NCBI RefSeq assembly: GCF_051097895.1
Contig: NZ_CP142525.1
Location: forward strand, 1,230,001-1,262,000
Reading direction: 5' to 3'
DNA length: 32,000 nt
Origin: Psychrobacter sp. HD31
GTDB lineage: Bacteria > Pseudomonadota > Gammaproteobacteria > Pseudomonadales > Moraxellaceae
Made by a program: the position numbers and the translations under genes. The notes under the pieces were generated by a model. The model saw only the letters and a list, made by a program, of their open reading frames with translations. It was not told the origin of the DNA and did no database searches. Shown piece after piece: positions 27,365-32,000 of this stretch (the first letter of the stretch is position 1; every line of letters starts with the position of its first letter).

Positions 27365-27501
27365 TTTTCCTTTTTATTTATTTGCACCTATTTAGGCAGT
27401 ATAAATTTTAACTGCTATTCGCTTTGCATGTTTGCAAAGCTATAGTTGCTTGCAGTTATTCAATTTAAACACCTAAATCCTAAATCAATAGGACTTTTGT
27501 C

Positions 27502-28446
27502 ATGTCTTACTTGGCGATTTTTACGGGTAATGCCCATCCTGAACTAGCAAAAACTGTCGCAAACCACCTTCACATTCCTTTAGGAAAAGCAGATGTTAAT
27601 CGTTTTTCTGATGGTGAAATTGCCGTACAAATTAACGAACACGTGCGTGGTAAAGATGTTTTTTTACTACAACCAACTTGTGCTCCAACCAACGATAACT
27701 TGATGGAAGTTTTAGTAATGGCAGATGCCTTACGCCGTTCTAGCGCTGGTCGTATTACCGCCGTTATCCCTTATTTTGGCTATGCACGTCAAGACCGTCG
27801 TCCACGCTCAGCTCGTGTACCAATTACTGCAAAAGTGGTTGCCGATATGCTTGGCACAGCAGGTATTGATAGAGTCATGACTGTCGATTTACATGCTGAC
27901 CAGATTCAGGGCTTTTTTGACGTGCCTGTAGACAACTTATACGGTACTCCAGTATTGCTTGAAGAGCTAAAAAAACAAGGGTATGAGAACCTAATGGTTG
28001 TATCACCAGATGTTGGTGGTGTTGTGCGTGCCCGCGCGATGTCAAAAATGCTAGACGATGCCGACTTGGCAATCATCGACAAACGCCGTGCTAAAGCTAA
28101 CGAATCACAAGTGATGCACATTATTGGTGATGTTAAAGGGCGTGATTGCGTGATTGTGGATGACATGGTAGATACAGCAGGCACACTTTGTAAAGCCGCA
28201 GCTGCTATCAAAAACAAAGGCGCAAACCGTGTGGTAGCCTATGTAACACACGCTGTATTATCTGGTAATGCAATCGACAATATTAGCAATTCTGTACTAG
28301 ATGAGATTGTGGTTACCGATACAATCCCATTAACAGAAGAAGCCAAAGCTTGTAACAAAATTAGACAAGTTACCATTGCACCAATGCTAGCTGAGAGTTT
28401 ACGACGCATTAATAACGAAGAATCAATCAGTGCAATGTTTGATTAA
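27502..28446 (+). CDS. prs: Ribose-phosphate pyrophosphokinase (PRPP synthetase)
   Basis: The 314-aa ORF is nearly colinear with E. coli Prs ([63 protein letters not shown]). Confidence 0.95.
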   Translation: MSYLAIFTGNAHPELAKTVANHLHIPLGKADVNRFSDGEIAVQINEHVRGKDVFLLQPTCAPTNDNLMEVLVMADALRRSSAGRITAVIPYFGYARQDRRPRSARVPITAKVVADMLGTAGIDRVMTVDLHADQIQGFFDVPVDNLYGTPVLLEELKKQGYENLMVVSPDVGGVVRARAMSKMLDDADLAIIDKRRAKANESQVMHIIGDVKGRDCVIVDDMVDTAGTLCKAAAAIKNKGANRVVAYVTHAVLSGNAIDNISNSVLDEIVVTDTIPLTEEAKACNKIRQVTIAPMLAESLRRINNEESISAMFD

Positions 28447-28531
28447 TATTTGCTAGTCAATAAAAATTAGCATATAATACGCACCTGCTATTTTTATGTT
28501 AATTTTATTAGCTACTAAAATTAGCTTATAC

Positions 28532-28563
28532 AAAAGTGGGTTGGTCGCAAACCCACTTTTTTA
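28532..28563 (+). terminator. Rho-independent terminator after prs
   Basis: 11-bp stem AAAAGTGGGTT / AACCCACTTTT with a 7-nt loop, running into a T-run (TTTTTTATT). Confidence 0.75.
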
Positions 28564-28595
28564 TTCATCCATATTTTAAGTTTAAGGACATTACC

Positions 28596-29243
28596 ATGAG
28601 TAATTTTGAACTAAACGCCGTAGCGCGTGGCGAAGAGCTGCAGGGCAAAGGTGCGAGCCGCCGCCTGCGTAAGCAAAACCTAATCCCTGCTATTATTTAT
28701 GGCGGTAACGAAGAGCCAGTTGCGGTTTCTTTAAAAAACAATGAGCTAGTAAAAGCACTAGAAAGTGAAGCTTTCTTCTCTAGCATTATCACCATCACTA
28801 TTGAAGGTGGTGAAGACGAGCAAGGCATTATTAAAGCCCTACAACGTCACCCTGCTAAAGGCTTCCCAATGCACGCTGACTTCCAACGTATTGTTAAAGG
28901 TCAAAAGATTAGCATGAGTGTTCCTGTACGCTTTGAAGGTGAAGAAGAAGCACCAGGTGCTAAAGCTGGCGGTATTTTATCGACACAAGTTGTAGATTTA
29001 GACATCAACTGCTTACCATCTCAAATTCCTGAGTTTATTGCAATTGACGTATCAGCGCTAAACATTGGTGATTCTGTACACTTATCAGACATCGCTCTAC
29101 CAGAAGGTGTTGTACTAGCAGACCTAGAAGCTGGCACAGACCGTACAGTAGCAAACATGACAGCCGCTAAAGAAGAAAAAGTTGAAGATTCTGCAGCAGA
29201 AGGCGAAAGTGAAGAAGCTTCTGAAGAAAGTGGCGACGAATAG
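28596..29243 (+). CDS. rplY: 50S ribosomal protein L25 (long Ctc form) with acidic C-terminal tail
   Basis: MSNFELNAVARGEELQGKGASRRLRKQNLIPAIIYGG is a typical L25/Ctc N-terminus. AAGGA lies 8 nt upstream of ATG 28596. The ORF-track start at 28536 would overlap the prs terminator hairpin. Confidence 0.9.
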   Translation: MSNFELNAVARGEELQGKGASRRLRKQNLIPAIIYGGNEEPVAVSLKNNELVKALESEAFFSSIITITIEGGEDEQGIIKALQRHPAKGFPMHADFQRIVKGQKISMSVPVRFEGEEEAPGAKAGGILSTQVVDLDINCLPSQIPEFIAIDVSALNIGDSVHLSDIALPEGVVLADLEAGTDRTVANMTAAKEEKVEDSAAEGESEEASEESGDE

Positions 29244-29272
29244 TCCCCTTTTAATGCAATAGAGAGAACACC

Positions 29273-29860
29273 ATGACCCAGCTAAAACTTATCGTTGGGC
29301 TTGGCAATCCAGGCCAGCAATATGCCCAAACAAGGCATAATGCTGGTTTTTGGTTTGTAGAGCAAATAGCAAAACAGTTCAATATCCCCCTATCTGCCGA
29401 AAAAAAGTTTTTTGGTTTAACGGGGCGTGGACGAGTTTATGGGCATGATGTTCGCTTGTTATTACCCGAAACTTTTATGAACAAATCTGGGCAATCTGTT
29501 GTACCCATGGTTAATTTTTTTAACCTAGACAACAACCAACTATTAATAGCCCATGATGAGTTAGACATACCCGCTGGCAGTATTAAATTAAAAACGGGTG
29601 GTGGTCATGGTGGTCATAATGGTTTACGAGATATCGTGCCACATATTGGTAATGACTTTCATCGGTTGCGTGTTGGTATTGGACACCCTGGGCATAAATC
29701 TAAAGTAAGTGGGCATGTGTTATCTAAACCTACTAATGATGAACAAATTTCTATTGATAAAGCGTTAGAATGCGCACTTGATAATCTACCCTTACTGTTA
29801 GACGGTAATATAGAAAAAGCACGTGCTAACATCAATGGATTCAAGCTCCCTAATGCTTAA
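29273..29860 (+). CDS. pth: Peptidyl-tRNA hydrolase
   Basis: LIVGLGNPGQQYAQTRHNAGFWF...GGHGGHNGLRDI are canonical Pth motifs. Confidence 0.93.
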   Translation: MTQLKLIVGLGNPGQQYAQTRHNAGFWFVEQIAKQFNIPLSAEKKFFGLTGRGRVYGHDVRLLLPETFMNKSGQSVVPMVNFFNLDNNQLLIAHDELDIPAGSIKLKTGGGHGGHNGLRDIVPHIGNDFHRLRVGIGHPGHKSKVSGHVLSKPTNDEQISIDKALECALDNLPLLLDGNIEKARANINGFKLPNA

Positions 29861-29985
29861 TGTGTCATCAAACTGTTAAACAACTGAAATGAGTTAAGTT
29901 AGCAGGTTACAATACAAGTATTGACAGCTAACCTATTTAACCGCAAAATTTACATTAATTAATATTTTAATTCAGGAAATTAGCT

Positions 29986-30366
29986 ATGCTATTAAACATG
30001 CTAAAAGGCAAACTACACCGTGCTAGAGTCACTCATGCAGATTTGCATTATGAAGGTTCTTGCGGCATTGATAGTGACTTATTAGATTTAGCTGGTATTC
30101 GTGAAAACGAATCAATTGACATTTATAATGTCAGTAATGGCAAACGCTTCCGTACTTATGCAATCCGTGCAGAAGCTGGCTCTGGTATTATCTCTTTAAA
30201 TGGTGCTGCTGCCTATCAAGCTGATTTAGGTGATATCGTGATTATTTGTGCCTATGTTAATATGACAGAAGAAGAAGCAGATGCTCATAAGCCAAAATTG
30301 GTTTATTGCAATGAAGACAACACAGTTAAAGATACCGCTAACATCATCCCAGTTCAGGTTAAGTAA
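29986..30366 (+). CDS. panD: Aspartate 1-decarboxylase proenzyme
   Basis: [25 protein letters not shown] contains the Gly-Ser self-cleavage site. At 126 aa it is colinear with E. coli PanD. Confidence 0.93.
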   Translation: MLLNMLKGKLHRARVTHADLHYEGSCGIDSDLLDLAGIRENESIDIYNVSNGKRFRTYAIRAEAGSGIISLNGAAAYQADLGDIVIICAYVNMTEEEADAHKPKLVYCNEDNTVKDTANIIPVQVK

Positions 30367-30394
30367 CTTTAGCATCTATTAAGTCTCATTTTTT

Positions 30395-30419
30395 AGGGTG
30401 CATTTTATGCACCTTTTTA
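30395..30419 (+). terminator. Rho-independent terminator after panD
   Basis: Stem GGTGCAT / ATGCACC with a 3-nt loop, followed by TTTTT. Confidence 0.65.
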
Positions 30420-30496
30420 TTATATGAGTTGTTATATAAAATTAACTATATTCATAGTAAACAACGAAGAATATAAATAACTTAAGAGTTTTAATC

Positions 30497-31459
30497 ATGT
30501 CATTAGCTATCGCCATTGTTGCCGTTATTATTGGTCTTGCTGTTTTAGTTTGGAGCGCCGATACTTTTATTGACGGTGCAACCAACCTAGCCGTTAAGCT
30601 AAATATGCCCAGCTTTTTAATTGGTGTTATTATTTTGGGGGTTGGTACATCTGCGCCAGAAATGGTGGTATCTGCGCTGTCTGCACTTGATGGCAGTCCT
30701 GGCATTGCTTTAGGTAACGCATTTGGTTCAAATATCATGAACATTGCCTTGGTACTGGGCATGGCAGCTATTATTAGCCCAATTGCGATTAAAGCCAACG
30801 TAATTAAACAAGGCATGATGTTTTTGATAGCAGCAACTGCCTTAGTCGCCTTTCAATTATCGGATGGTAAACTAACGTTAACCGAAGGCATCATCATGCT
30901 AGTCGCACTCGCTATTGTGTTGTTTGCACAAATCGTTTTAAGTCTCAAAGGTCGGCAATCCGATGATATCCCGCATGAAAATGAAGGTATTAACACCCGT
31001 AAAGCCATTTTCTCGCTCATTGTTGGGTTGGTACTGTTAGTTTTAAGCTCTCGTGTGATTGTTTTTGGTGCCGTTGAATTAGCAAAACTTTGGGGGCTTA
31101 GTGAACTACTAATTGGGCTGACGATTGTTGCGATAGGTACGTCGCTACCAGAGCTGGTTGCCTCTATTGTTGCTGCACGCCGCGGCGAATCAGATATGGC
31201 GTTAGGCAATATTGTTGGGTCTAACCTTTTTAATACCCTAGGCGTGGTTGGTTTGGCTGCTATTATCTCGCCAATGAATGTAGAAGCCTCTATTTTAAAT
31301 AGAGATATGCTGATGGTGGGTATTATGACCACCATGTTATTTATTTTATCTTTAGTTGCACTAAGACAAAAAAGCAGTTTGTACCGTATGGCAGGTATTA
31401 TTTTACTAACCACCTTTGTTATTTATACTTTTTGGCTTATCCAAACTGCAACCATATAA
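30497..31459 (+). CDS. yrbG: Ca2+/Na+ (cation) antiporter, CaCA family (YrbG-like)
   Basis: 320-aa polytopic ORF with two alpha-repeat motifs (GTSAPEMVVS...GNAFGSNIMNI and GTSLPELVAS...GNIVGSNLFN). Confidence 0.85.
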   Translation: MSLAIAIVAVIIGLAVLVWSADTFIDGATNLAVKLNMPSFLIGVIILGVGTSAPEMVVSALSALDGSPGIALGNAFGSNIMNIALVLGMAAIISPIAIKANVIKQGMMFLIAATALVAFQLSDGKLTLTEGIIMLVALAIVLFAQIVLSLKGRQSDDIPHENEGINTRKAIFSLIVGLVLLVLSSRVIVFGAVELAKLWGLSELLIGLTIVAIGTSLPELVASIVAARRGESDMALGNIVGSNLFNTLGVVGLAAIISPMNVEASILNRDMLMVGIMTTMLFILSLVALRQKSSLYRMAGIILLTTFVIYTFWLIQTATI

Positions 31460-31508
31460 ATCAGCCCCTTCATATCTTGGTTAGTTTGTCAGTCAGTCTT
31501 CGTTTAAT

Positions 31509-31546
31509 AAAAACCAACGCGTTAATTTTTATCCGTTGGTTTTTAT
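31509..31546 (+). terminator. Rho-independent terminator after the CaCA gene
   Basis: 11-bp stem AAAAACCAACG / CGTTGGTTTTT with a 14-nt loop and a T-rich 3' side. Confidence 0.6.
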
Positions 31547-31812
31547 TAACTTGAATTTCTTCTTTTTGCCCCAACTTAATTGTAAAATAGCTTTACAATG
31601 GCTAACTTGCCATTGTGTTACATGCTATTATGTTACTTTGTAATAAATAAATTTTTATAAAAAAACATCATTTGAGCTTAAAGCTTTCTAATATTGAGTT
31701 ACATTTTTTATGTAGGTTTTGTTAAATATTTAAATCGGTAACTTGAAATATTTAACAGAATTTATATATTCTTTTTAAATTCTTATTTTAATAAATCACA
31801 TAGGATATTTTT

Positions 31813-32000
31813 ATGGATACTGCATTAATGCTATCAGGTATCGTTGGGTTAGGTATTGCTGCTCAATGGTTAGCTTGGTACCTCAAGCAACCATCCATTC
31901 TGTTTCTCTTATTAACTGGTATTATCATTGGGCCAGTTCTAGGCTATCTAAATCCCAATGAAATGCTTGGCGACTTGTTGTTCCCATTCATTTCTCTTGG
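31813..32000 (+). CDS. Cation/proton (Na+/H+) antiporter, CPA1-like, N-terminal fragment continuing beyond the right edge
   Basis: Hand translation from ATG 31813 gives MDTALMLSGIVGLGIAAQWLAWYLKQPSILFLLLTGIIIGPVLGYLNPNEMLGDLLFPFISL. This resembles the first two TM helices of CPA1/NhaP-type antiporters. It is open to the window end. Confidence 0.6.
   Translation, partial: MDTALMLSGIVGLGIAAQWLAWYLKQPSILFLLLTGIIIGPVLGYLNPNEMLGDLLFPFISL

Noticed and set aside
28536-28595. Upstream extension of rplY (MGWSQTHFFIHPYFKFKDIT) given by the ORF track
   Set aside because: The extension overlaps the prs terminator hairpin. ATG 28596 has a good Shine-Dalgarno sequence and gives the canonical L25 N-terminus.
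30442-31413. Two minus-strand ORFs (124 and 186 aa), antisense to the CaCA antiporter gene
   Set aside because: These are hydrophobic mirror-frame artefacts, common opposite membrane-protein genes. The plus-strand ORF has both conserved CaCA alpha-repeats.

Overview
This is a chromosomal segment from an AT-rich gammaproteobacterium. The hemA / TPR-lolB-ispE-tRNAGln-prs-rplY-pth synteny suggests Moraxellaceae or Pseudomonadales, but this is low-confidence and no database was consulted. From left to right, the window holds four blocks. (1) A minus-strand ABC-transporter-dependent (group 2-like) capsule export block, kpsM-kpsT-kpsE-kpsD-kpsC-kpsS, with kpsS running off the left edge. It is bounded on the right by a tRNA(CAU) gene and the RNase P RNA gene. 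(2) coaD, divergent from a sulfate-assimilation operon ordered sbp-cysT-sat-cysC-cysW-cysA. (3) Housekeeping genes: smpB, a YgiQ-type radical SAM protein, yceI, a vWA lipoprotein, hemA, a TPR protein, lolB, ispE, two identical tRNA-Gln genes, prs, rplY, pth and panD. (4) A CaCA-type cation exchanger and the start of a Na+/H+ antiporter. I saw no transposase, integrase, CRISPR array, toxin-antitoxin pair or recognisable defence system, and most of the window is ordinary core genome. The standout signal is 18 perfectly identical in-frame copies of a 21-bp unit inside the 5' end of kpsE. They add about 126 aa of (PKPKAEA)n to what is otherwise a full-length KpsE. Secondary observations are: ATP sulfurylase (sat) and APS kinase genes sit between the two sulfate permease genes; CysA lacks the C-terminal regulatory domain; the sulfate-binding protein is lipoprotein-tethered; the capsule block abuts a tRNA gene; and several perfect inverted repeats lie in promoter regions. 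All coordinates for RNAs, hairpins and promoters were derived by eye and may be off by a few nucleotides.
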